DNA of 42,084 bases from an uncultured Gammaproteobacteria bacterium (GTDB taxonomy: Bacteria > Patescibacteriota > Patescibacteriia > Magasanikbacterales > UBA922), in the NCBI GenBank assembly GCA_964597575.1, contig CAZQXB010000001.1:660511-702594 (forward strand), read 5' to 3'. Under the pieces are notes generated by a model, which made no database searches, was not told the origin of the DNA, and saw nothing but the letters and a program-made list of their open reading frames with translations. The translations under genes were made by a program, and so were the position numbers. Below are positions 18,452 to 26,540 of this stretch, in pieces (positions within the stretch are counted from its first letter, which is position 1; every line of letters starts with the position of its first letter).

Positions 18452-18477
18452 TTATGACGAGGAAACCCTCGTCATAA
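18452..18477. other. Perfect 11-bp hairpin between atpE and atpF (no U-tract)
   Basis: TTATGACGAGG-aaac-CCTCGTCATAA. Confidence 0.7.
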
Positions 18478-18488
18478 CAGTCGGCGTA

Positions 18489-18710
18489 TTACACTAAAGT
18501 AAACACGACAACGAGCGCGTAAATTGCGATCGCTTCGGCAAACGCTGCACCAAGAAGCATTGGTACGAAGAGTTTCGCACCAGCTTCTGGATTACGACCA
18601 ATAGCTTCCATGGCTTTTGCGACGATTTTACCAATCGCGAGAGCCGGAGCAATACCACCAATTGCCATAGTAAGCCCTTTGGCCATGGCAAGCATCGAGA
18701 TGTGTTCCAT
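18489..18710 (-). CDS. atpE: ATP synthase Fo c subunit
   Basis: 73 aa hairpin, RNPE loop, AFAEAIAIY with the conserved Glu. Confidence 0.97.
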   Translation of the reverse strand: MEHISMLAMAKGLTMAIGGIAPALAIGKIVAKAMEAIGRNPEAGAKLFVPMLLGAAFAEAIAIYALVVVFTLV

Positions 18711-18841
18711 AGATGTTTGTCTTAGAGTTAGTACGTACGAGGAGGAATGGATATTTTACCTCGCGTATCCTAACTATGAATTAGATCTATCGCTGTGGAG
18801 CGATAACGAGAGCTGACGACGAATGCGTCATCAGCTTTGCG

Positions 18842-19678
18842 TTATGGATGCACAGGTTGTTTTTCGTTGGCGTGGCTCGCATGATCTTTTTCATCATGAT
18901 CTCCCCCATGTGGCGCACTTGAAGCCACCGTAAGGTACACGAGCGTAAGCATAGCAAACACAGAGGCCTGAATGACTCCGACTAAAATTTCGAGAAGCAT
19001 AAAAGGAGCTGGAACAAGTACTCCGACTAATGCACTAATAACTGTAATCAGCACCTCTCCGGCAAAAATATTCCCGAATAAACGAAGTGACAGAGAAAAG
19101 ATTTTGGCAATTTCTCCTATAATTTCAAGAAGTCCGACACCAAATTCTACAATTGCGGTGAAAAAGGCAATGGGGCCTTTAGGAATGCTTTTAAAAATAC
19201 CGACAATCTGAATAAACTTTCCAAGATGAGTAAAGACTCCGACCGAAATAAACGCCATGATATGAGAAACAATAACTGAGGTGAGCGCCATGGCCACAGT
19301 TAGGTTCAGATCAGTGTTTGCAGGGCGAAGGAGTGGGTGTCCGTGGACCGTAATACTTCCGGTTCCAGGCAAAAGCCCAAGCCAATTTGAGAGCAAAATG
19401 AAAAAGAAAAGCGAAGCAACGAGCGGAAAGAAACGGTTGGTTTTTTCTCGATCACCAGTGACTTGATCGAAATAACCACGGAGTGTTTCGATAACCGTTT
19501 CAAGTACGAGCTGGAATTTTCCTGGACGAAGTTTTACGGATCGTTTTACCCAAATCCCAAGACCTAAAAAAATAACCAAGGCTACCCACACATTCACCAT
19601 AGTGTTTGTAATGGCGAATCCACCGATCGTCGCAAGAACATCGGGGGGAAGATTTGGAATGTGAAACTGTGCAGCCAT
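18842..19678 (-). CDS. atpB: ATP synthase Fo a subunit
   Basis: SNWLGLLPG, PANTDLN, SLSLRLFGNIFAGE, IQASVFAML. Confidence 0.96.
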   Translation of the reverse strand: MAAQFHIPNLPPDVLATIGGFAITNTMVNVWVALVIFLGLGIWVKRSVKLRPGKFQLVLETVIETLRGYFDQVTGDREKTNRFFPLVASLFFFILLSNWLGLLPGTGSITVHGHPLLRPANTDLNLTVAMALTSVIVSHIMAFISVGVFTHLGKFIQIVGIFKSIPKGPIAFFTAIVEFGVGLLEIIGEIAKIFSLSLRLFGNIFAGEVLITVISALVGVLVPAPFMLLEILVGVIQASVFAMLTLVYLTVASSAPHGGDHDEKDHASHANEKQPVHP

Positions 19679-19682
19679 AAAG

Positions 19683-19955
19683 TTATAGGGTAGGAGGTGT
19701 CTGTTTCTTTTCTTCCTGAATAAGAGCTTCGTATTCTTGTCCGTATACGCGCGCTTTGCGGCGAATCATGACAGTGGTAAGAGCTGCTGCAATCGCAAAG
19801 CCAACAAGGGTTGCCCAGGGTTTTATGCCAAAATGGGCATCTATTCTTCGACCAATATATGCAAACAAAACCACAGGAATCGCAATCGTTGCACCAAAAT
19901 CAGCTACGATCTTAAAACCCATGAGAATATATTTTCGGTCGGTTTCTTTTGGCAT
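19683..19955 (-). CDS. AtpZ/AtpI-like small membrane protein
   Basis: Two TM segments with G...D..FG..PW..L.G pattern; first gene of the atp operon. Confidence 0.8.
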   Translation of the reverse strand: MPKETDRKYILMGFKIVADFGATIAIPVVLFAYIGRRIDAHFGIKPWATLVGFAIAAALTTVMIRRKARVYGQEYEALIQEEKKQTPPTL

Positions 19956-19979
19956 AAAAAAGAGCTCGGTTACGCGCCT

Positions 19980-20007
19980 ATTGTAGCAAAAAATACGGAG
20001 TTGTCAA
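19980..20007 (-). promoter_or_regulatory. atp operon promoter
   Basis: TTGACA-16 bp-TACAAT. Confidence 0.7.
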
Positions 20008-20064
20008 CCCTTTTTTAATTTGAGCAGACTTCTCCCTGTTTCTCCTAAATTAAGCGAAAAAACC

Positions 20065-20913
20065 CTATTTACACGGTATACGAGAAAAAAGCTTCAAACT
20101 GTTCTCAAACACTATTTCTTCCATCTCTCGTTCAGGCAGGCTTCGGGACCGTGCCAAGTGCTTCACCACCTCTTCCACCATCCATGGCTCACTTTGTTCC
20201 CCACGATAGTTTTGCGGTGCTAAATAGGGGGCATCTGTTTCTATAAGCATTCGGTCAAGCGGCATTTTTTCAATCACCTCTTGCAGAGCCAACTGTGAGG
20301 CAGGGTTCGTTTTCTTTGGGGGAAATGTTACCACCCCGGTAAACCCTAGGTGGAGCCCAAGCTTTAAATACTCTTCGGCAAACTCCCAATTTCCGGTATA
20401 GCAATGCACCGTTCCTCGGATAGTCCGATTCAAGCCTTTTAGGATCTGAATCATGGGCTCATGAGCATCGCGGCAATGGATAACAAGTGGTAAGTCGTGT
20501 GCATGTGCAAATTCTGCATGAGCTAAAAACATTTTTGTTTGTGCCGCGAGCACTTCTTCTTTTGAAATATCTTTTGGCAAATGATATAAGTCGAGTCCGC
20601 ACTCCCCGACTGCAATAACTTTTACTGAGGCCGCAAGTGTGTCATAAAATGCCCGATCAAATTCTTTTTCCGGGGTGAGATGCGCTGACTCATTTACATC
20701 AAGGTGTGTAGGAAATAAATGATTCGGATGCGTACCAATTGAGGCATAAAGCCAGTCATGCTGTTCTGCCAAAGCAACCGCGGCAGCACTGGTTTCCTTT
20801 TGTGTCCCGACCAAATTAATGATCATCTTTTTTTCCTTTGAGCGCGCCAAAACATTATCTCGCTTCATATCGAAGACGGGAAATTGTATGTGGGCGTGTG
20901 AATCGAAGAGCAT
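20065..20913 (-). CDS. tatD: TatD-family hydrolase
   Basis: DSHAH, GECGLD, IHCR, HCY, ETDAPY. Confidence 0.93.
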   Translation of the reverse strand: MLFDSHAHIQFPVFDMKRDNVLARSKEKKMIINLVGTQKETSAAAVALAEQHDWLYASIGTHPNHLFPTHLDVNESAHLTPEKEFDRAFYDTLAASVKVIAVGECGLDLYHLPKDISKEEVLAAQTKMFLAHAEFAHAHDLPLVIHCRDAHEPMIQILKGLNRTIRGTVHCYTGNWEFAEEYLKLGLHLGFTGVVTFPPKKTNPASQLALQEVIEKMPLDRMLIETDAPYLAPQNYRGEQSEPWMVEEVVKHLARSRSLPEREMEEIVFENSLKLFSRIPCK

Positions 20914-20916
20914 AAA

Positions 20917-21546
20917 TTAATTTTGTAATGCTACAGGCATCGTTTGAAGCCAATACAAATCAGTTTCAAGAGATGCACCGAATACACTTGGGTGGTAGCT
21001 TAATACAGGAGTGTTATCAAGAAGGACAAATTTTTTCAGTGTTTTATCAAAATACCCATACGACGTATGTTGGTAGGTTATTGTCTTTACTTTCCCATTT
21101 TCGTCGTAATCAATGGCCGGGGTTAAAAAACGATACACAGTGTTTCCTCGAAGATACTCAGGCTCACGAAAAGTTCCTACGACAAAAATGTGAAATCGGC
21201 AAAGGGAGATACTCGCCGTACCACACGGGGTTAGCTCTGCACGAGGCTTTCCCTCAATTTGATCCAAAAGTTTTTCCTGCGTGTCTGGCTGTACAAACGT
21301 AGCCGCCTCAGCCCAGTCAATATGGACAGAGGTCGGAGGCAGCAAAGATTCTTCACCCCGCTTCTCTTCGGCAAGAACTTCTTTCAGATCGTTTTTTTCT
21401 TCCACTGGCGGCAAGCGCGGCGGCACATATTCAGTAACCTCCATTTTTTGAACTGCACGGTACTGAAAAAGAAAAAATACACCAAAAAGAATCCCAACTC
21501 CAAATAAAATAGCCAATAGTCGTCCGGGGTGATCATTCAGTTCCAT
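20917..21546 (-). CDS. Hypothetical protein with N-terminal TM anchor
   Basis: Fills the gap between capA-like and tatD; MELNDHPG start at 21546 preferred; hydrophobic LLAILFGVGILFGVFFLF. Confidence 0.7.
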   Translation of the reverse strand: MELNDHPGRLLAILFGVGILFGVFFLFQYRAVQKMEVTEYVPPRLPPVEEKNDLKEVLAEEKRGEESLLPPTSVHIDWAEAATFVQPDTQEKLLDQIEGKPRAELTPCGTASISLCRFHIFVVGTFREPEYLRGNTVYRFLTPAIDYDENGKVKTITYQHTSYGYFDKTLKKFVLLDNTPVLSYHPSVFGASLETDLYWLQTMPVALQN

Positions 21547-22684
21547 ACGAAAATACAGGAATTCGAATTGAAGACGTGCTCCCACTATAATCACCCAAGC
21601 GACTTCGGTCAATAAATGATTTCAAAAAGGTGCGCCTCGGGGCCCCAGTCATAAGCGACACCTGACTCGCCTTTCCCTGAAGAGGGAAAAGGTACGCAAC
21701 CATTTCGTTGGGATACAGCGCAAGTCCAACTGCAAGCCCTTCCTGTGTTGCTTTCGAAAAATATTGATCGAATACAAAGTTTCCCAGTGAGTAAAAGATC
21801 AGACGATCATTATAAATTTCCATTTCTTGTACCCAGTGCGGATGGTGTCCAATGACCACGTCAACTCCGGCATCAATAAAGGCATGGGCCAATTCTTGTT
21901 GTCGGGAGTTTGAAACCGCACGATACTCCTCACCCCAATGCGCGTTTAAAATGGTGACATCTGCTTCCTTTTCTGCTTTTTGAATAAGGGTTTTCGTTGC
22001 CTCGAGTGGAATGGGACTATTCGTATCATTCACCCCAATAAATGCAATCTTTTTTCCGGACACCTCATGAACTAATAGTGCTGTACTCGTTACCTGATAT
22101 TGCTCGCCATACACAAGAAACCCAGCTTCACGAAGATTCTCCAGAGATTCCTTAAATCCCTCGCCGCCCATATCATAGCTATGATTATTCGCTGCGGAAA
22201 AAACAGTAAAGCGGTGTCGCTGAAGCATCGGTAAAAGTGCCGGGTCAAAACGAAAGGCAATTTCTTTTGTGGTGTCACGACGCGTATCCGCAAAAGGCCC
22301 TTCTAAATTTACTGAAATAATATCCGCAGTTTCAAAAAATTTTACACTTGTCGTATTAAGTGGGGCGAAAAGATAATCTTCCCCATACTCATCAATTTGC
22401 TTTTTTACACTCCGATCGAGCATGAGGTCACCAAAATTGAGAATACGAATCGGTACATCAGTTGAGAATGCATCTTCTATCGGCTCATTTTCCTCGTTAT
22501 TCAAGAGAGTATCCCAAGGATGGATAATAGGTGGAATGATAGTGGGAGCGGTCGTCGTAGAATGTTTTTTTGCTGGAGAAAAAAAGGTAATGGTTCGGTC
22601 TTGTTTTGGCCGAAAAAAAAGACCAAGACAGCCGAGGGCAAAAAGAATACCGAAAACAAGAAAGAGAGTGAGTAATTTTTTCAT
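21533..22684 (-). CDS. CapA-family (PGA_cap) metallophosphoesterase, membrane-anchored
   Basis: GDLMLDR, NLEGP, ANNH, HWGEEY, GHHPH, YSLGNFVFDQ. Confidence 0.9.
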   Translation of the reverse strand: MKKLLTLFLVFGILFALGCLGLFFRPKQDRTITFFSPAKKHSTTTAPTIIPPIIHPWDTLLNNEENEPIEDAFSTDVPIRILNFGDLMLDRSVKKQIDEYGEDYLFAPLNTTSVKFFETADIISVNLEGPFADTRRDTTKEIAFRFDPALLPMLQRHRFTVFSAANNHSYDMGGEGFKESLENLREAGFLVYGEQYQVTSTALLVHEVSGKKIAFIGVNDTNSPIPLEATKTLIQKAEKEADVTILNAHWGEEYRAVSNSRQQELAHAFIDAGVDVVIGHHPHWVQEMEIYNDRLIFYSLGNFVFDQYFSKATQEGLAVGLALYPNEMVAYLFPLQGKASQVSLMTGAPRRTFLKSFIDRSRLGDYSGSTSSIRIPVFSYGTE

Positions 22685-22719
22685 ATATCGATCCCTGGAC
22701 AGCCTTCTTGATCAAAGTT

Positions 22720-23271
22720 TTACGTCCGAACCGCTCCTTCAACATAATCCACAGAAGACTTAAGCAAACGAAGCGCTTCAGGAAACAAAGGTACAAGAAC
22801 ACCCGCGATCAAACTAAGAATTGGCGCGATTTCTGAGTTCGCGAGCATACCCATAAACGACGCACTCAAAGGAAATCGTTCAATAAAATAAATCATGACC
22901 CCAAGACCAAGTGCTGCAGACAGTACACCGAACGCAAATCCAAGCACTTTATCGAGAGTGGTCATGAGTGGCAAAACAGTGATCACTGCCACGAATCGCT
23001 CAAATAACCAGAACAACACCTTCATGAGTGTGAGAATGAGAAAAAAAGAAATGACAAATACTAAAACCCGTGACAAGTTTGGTGCCCAACTCGTGTGTGC
23101 GATAAGCCAATCTGCTCCCACTGAATAGTACCGAACAGAAATATAGATACCAAAAATAACACCGAGAAGAGAAACAACACTGTGGATGAGCCCCGCTCTA
23201 AATCCGCGAAATCCAGAAAGACCGAGAAGTACAAGAAGGACGATATCAACCCAAGACATAGGCAAAGCCAA
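22720..23271 (-). CDS. cvpA: CvpA-family membrane protein
   Basis: WVDIVLLV...GFRGFRAGLIHSV, LDKVLGFAFG. Confidence 0.85.
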   Translation of the reverse strand: MALPMSWVDIVLLVLLGLSGFRGFRAGLIHSVVSLLGVIFGIYISVRYYSVGADWLIAHTSWAPNLSRVLVFVISFFLILTLMKVLFWLFERFVAVITVLPLMTTLDKVLGFAFGVLSAALGLGVMIYFIERFPLSASFMGMLANSEIAPILSLIAGVLVPLFPEALRLLKSSVDYVEGAVRT

Positions 23272-23301
23272 AGAGTGTTAATACCTGTAGTATACCCTAT
23301 T

Positions 23302-24876
23302 TTACGCGGACACTCCAAGACGAGGAAAAAGAATTTCTCCTTTAATGATCGCGACCCCCGAAGGTAATCCACCCCACTTTGTCGCATCCACTGTACGCTC
23401 AGAATTTTGTGGCATAGAAAACGACGCTAAGATCTTTTCAGCACTTTGTGGAATGATCGGAAGAAGTGCGAGTCCAATATGACGAAGTGTTTCGGCAAGC
23501 GCATATAAACTTGGGGTTATATCCTTCCCCTGCTTCACTGCTTCCCATGGTTTTGTTTCAGAAATATAGGCATCACAGTTCGACACAAGCTCATTCACCA
23601 AACGAACGGCTTCATCAAAACGATACAAAGAAAAAGCCGTGTCGTATTTCTGCCAAAACTGCCCTACGCCAAACAAATCGGCTGACACTGCGGGAAGTTT
23701 TCCGTCACTATATTTTTCAAGCATGGTAAGAATTCGACTGGTCAAATTTCCAATGCCGTTCGCCAAGGATGAAGTATACCATTCACGGAATCGGGATTCA
23801 CTCCAATCTCCATCCTCATACGCAGGAAGGCCACCTAATATAAAATGACGCACCGCATCAACCCCATATGTACCAATAATATCGTATGGGTTAATAACGT
23901 TGCCGATTGATTTACTCATTTTCTGACCTTCAACTGTAATATACCCATGAATAAAGATCTGTTTTGAAAGGGGTAAGTCTGCCGAAAGCAGCATCGCCTG
24001 CCACATCGCACTTTGCTGACGCAAATTATCTTTTCCTGCCACCTGAACTGCATTTGGCATTTCAGCTGAACCCCAAAATAGTTCAAACTGAGATGGAGTT
24101 TTATTTTCCCGAGTTTTTAAAACCGCGTCGCCTGCTGATGCTTCATATATTGGCCACCCGAGCGTAGAAATATAATTCACGAGCGCATCAAACCACACAT
24201 ACATCACTTGCTCTTCGTCACCGGGCACCGGTACACCCCAGGGCATCTTCGCTTTTAAACGGGAGACGCTAAAATCTTCAAGTCCGCGCGACACGAAGGC
24301 TTTAATTTCATTAAACCGCTCTTTTGGCACGACAAATTCGGCGTGCGTATTATACCAAGCCAATAATTTGTCTTGATATTTTGAAAAACGAAAAAAATAA
24401 TTTTCCTCATCAATGTGCTCAATAGCAGTGTTCGGATGAATGGGGCATTTTCCCTCAACTAATTCCGAATCTGTTTTCTCAAGTTCGCATCCGACACAAT
24501 ATTTTACCTGATACGCCTTTTTATAAATGTCTCCATTCTTCTCACATCGTTTCCAAAACTCAGCTGCGGCAGCTTTATGATGCGCATCGGTCGTACGAAT
24601 AAACGTAGGATTATCCATGTGAAGCAAGGTGGCGAGTTCACGAAACTTGGCCGCATACTCATCACAATATGCTTGGGGAGTCATTCCCTTTTCCAAAGCC
24701 TTTCGATAAATTTTTAATCCATGCTCGTCGGTTCCGGTATTATAGAAAACAATGTCCCCTTTCATTCTCCGATACCGAACTAAGGCATCCGCCTGGATAA
24801 ATTCTAAAGCATGCCCGATATGAGGGTCAGCATTCACGTAAGGCAGGGTTGTGGTCAGGTAAAAATGATTATCCAT
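23302..24876 (-). CDS. metG: Methionine--tRNA ligase (no C-terminal appended domain)
   Basis: TTTLPYVNADPHIGH, TGTDEHG, YVWFDAL, KMSKS. Start MDNHFY at 24876. Confidence 0.97.
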   Translation of the reverse strand: MDNHFYLTTTLPYVNADPHIGHALEFIQADALVRYRRMKGDIVFYNTGTDEHGLKIYRKALEKGMTPQAYCDEYAAKFRELATLLHMDNPTFIRTTDAHHKAAAAEFWKRCEKNGDIYKKAYQVKYCVGCELEKTDSELVEGKCPIHPNTAIEHIDEENYFFRFSKYQDKLLAWYNTHAEFVVPKERFNEIKAFVSRGLEDFSVSRLKAKMPWGVPVPGDEEQVMYVWFDALVNYISTLGWPIYEASAGDAVLKTRENKTPSQFELFWGSAEMPNAVQVAGKDNLRQQSAMWQAMLLSADLPLSKQIFIHGYITVEGQKMSKSIGNVINPYDIIGTYGVDAVRHFILGGLPAYEDGDWSESRFREWYTSSLANGIGNLTSRILTMLEKYSDGKLPAVSADLFGVGQFWQKYDTAFSLYRFDEAVRLVNELVSNCDAYISETKPWEAVKQGKDITPSLYALAETLRHIGLALLPIIPQSAEKILASFSMPQNSERTVDATKWGGLPSGVAIIKGEILFPRLGVSA

Positions 24877-24898
24877 ATATAGGGGAAAAGATATGTTC

Positions 24899-24927
24899 AG
24901 AATACTCTCTGGAATGAAAAAAAGCAA
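24899..24927 (-). promoter_or_regulatory. metG promoter
   Basis: TTGCTT-17 bp-TATTCT. Confidence 0.5.
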
Positions 24928-24980
24928 TACATAGAGCGTTTTTTGAAAGTAAGTGAAATCATCGCCACGGTCATCCTCTT

Positions 24981-25009
24981 TTGACAGAACCCCAGCTTCG
25001 AGATAGGCT
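24981..25009 (+). promoter_or_regulatory. Promoter of the orphan lipoprotein
   Basis: TTGACA-17 bp-TAGGCT. Confidence 0.55.
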
Positions 25010-25050
25010 TTTTATGGAGGGATGAAACAAACCAACAGGAGGTGCTCATC

Positions 25051-25629
25051 GTGCGCTCATTCATTCGAGGAATGCTTCTCAGTCTCAGTGCCATCACATT
25101 CGCTGGCTGTGCTACAGCCGTGGCGACAACGGCCAAAAAACCATACCAGGAAACGTTGCCTGTAGTGCACAAGTGGGAGCCGATGGCTCCCCTCTCCCAC
25201 CTGATCGAGGTTGCTCAGAGCGAAGTCCCGGAATCATGGTATCTGTGCCCAGATCGACCCATAGGACTCGCTGAATACCGCATCGTCAGAGCCGTGTTCA
25301 GCACTGTCCTCGTTGTCGTAGAGCGGGGGCATAACCGAGGTCTCGTTCTCTCGGTGCGGCAAGTAGCCGAGGTGATTCTCCGAGAGCAACAAGGAATTCG
25401 AATCGCCCTCAGAAATGAAGGGATGGTGCTCCCACACACCTGGCACTATCGCGAAGCAAAAGAAAAAGAGTGGGCGACCAAGAGCGAGTTCGTTCAAAAC
25501 GCAGGGAGAATCAAGGACTATTCGATCATACTCGAGACGCCGAATGACATCGGAAAAACAGTCCCATACCTCATCACCATTCATTCAAGCGGGATTAGGG
25601 TACTGTGTCCAAAAGATCCGAGTATATAG
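25051..25629 (+). CDS. Putative lipoprotein (orphan)
   Basis: AGGAGG 8 nt before GTG 25051; signal MRSFIRGMLLSLSAITFAG-C with a lipobox. Confidence 0.75.
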   Translation: MRSFIRGMLLSLSAITFAGCATAVATTAKKPYQETLPVVHKWEPMAPLSHLIEVAQSEVPESWYLCPDRPIGLAEYRIVRAVFSTVLVVVERGHNRGLVLSVRQVAEVILREQQGIRIALRNEGMVLPHTWHYREAKEKEWATKSEFVQNAGRIKDYSIILETPNDIGKTVPYLITIHSSGIRVLCPKDPSI

Positions 25630-25649
25630 AGAGTGGTCTCACGATCCGA

Positions 25650-25678
25650 CTGGCGGTCGCGAAATATCGCACCGCCAG
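25650..25678. terminator. GC-rich hairpin between convergent genes (no U-tract)
   Basis: CTGGCGGT(c)GCGA-aata-TCGC-ACCGCCAG. Confidence 0.5.
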
Positions 25679-25706
25679 AACCTCCACATCTTGTAAAAAT
25701 CGAGTA

Positions 25707-26378
25707 TTACTGATTAACAACAACGACAAACTCCCCTTTTTCAGGGATATTCATCGCTAAAATTTCATCAATCGTTCCACGGTAAATGCTTTCAAATTGT
25801 TTGGTGAGTTCACGACAAACACACAGTTTCCGCTCGGGTGACAGCACCTCTTTTAATTCTGCCAAACATTTTTTGATGCGATGATTCGATTCATAAAATA
25901 CGGTCGTATATTCGCTTTCGGAAACCTCAGTAAAAAACTTTTGTCGCTTATTTTTGTGCGGAGGAAATCCAAGAAACAGAAACCTCTCGGTCGGAAATCC
26001 TGACACCGACAATGCGGCCACAACTGCAGAGGGTCCCGGGATTGGATTCACGACAATCTGAGGATCTGCATTTTTTACCAGATCAGAAATAAGCATGTTC
26101 CCCGGATCACTAATTCCGGGTGTCCCTGCATCAGTGACGAGAGCAAGACGTTTTCCCTCAGCCAAAAGGGCGCGTATCTCTTCTACCTTTGCTCCTCCAG
26201 AATGCTGGTGATAGCTCATCATTTTGGCAGAAATTCCTAAATGATGAAGCAAATTTCCCGTTACTCGCGTATCTTCACAAAGTACCACATCAACAAATTT
26301 CAGAACCTCAAGAGCTCGGAGTGTGATATCTCCAAGGTTTCCGAGTGGGGTCGCAACAACGAATAACTGACCTGACAT
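25707..26378 (-). CDS. rsmI: 16S rRNA C1402 2'-O-methyltransferase
   Basis: VATPLGNLGDIT, CEDTR, SYHQH, DAGTPGISDPG, CRELTKQFE, KGEFVV. Confidence 0.95.
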   Translation of the reverse strand: MSGQLFVVATPLGNLGDITLRALEVLKFVDVVLCEDTRVTGNLLHHLGISAKMMSYHQHSGGAKVEEIRALLAEGKRLALVTDAGTPGISDPGNMLISDLVKNADPQIVVNPIPGPSAVVAALSVSGFPTERFLFLGFPPHKNKRQKFFTEVSESEYTTVFYESNHRIKKCLAELKEVLSPERKLCVCRELTKQFESIYRGTIDEILAMNIPEKGEFVVVVNQ

Positions 26379-26387
26379 AGTGTAAAA

Positions 26388-26416
26388 ACTATATCAAGTT
26401 AGCATATAAAAGGCAA
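26388..26416 (-). promoter_or_regulatory. rsmI promoter
   Basis: TTGCCT-17 bp-TATAGT. Confidence 0.55.
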
Positions 26417-26540
26417 TAAACAAAAATGTGTCCCATAAAAACATATTTTAATTACCACACCAAAAAGTGAGGATTCAACGAGAGCAAGGCAAATCACTAA
26501 CCTTCAACTAACCACATGTCTTTGCTATACTATACCCACT

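Noticed and set aside
18489-18710. Na+-translocating ATP synthase
   Set aside because: AtpE lacks the Gln and Ser/Thr Na+ ligands.
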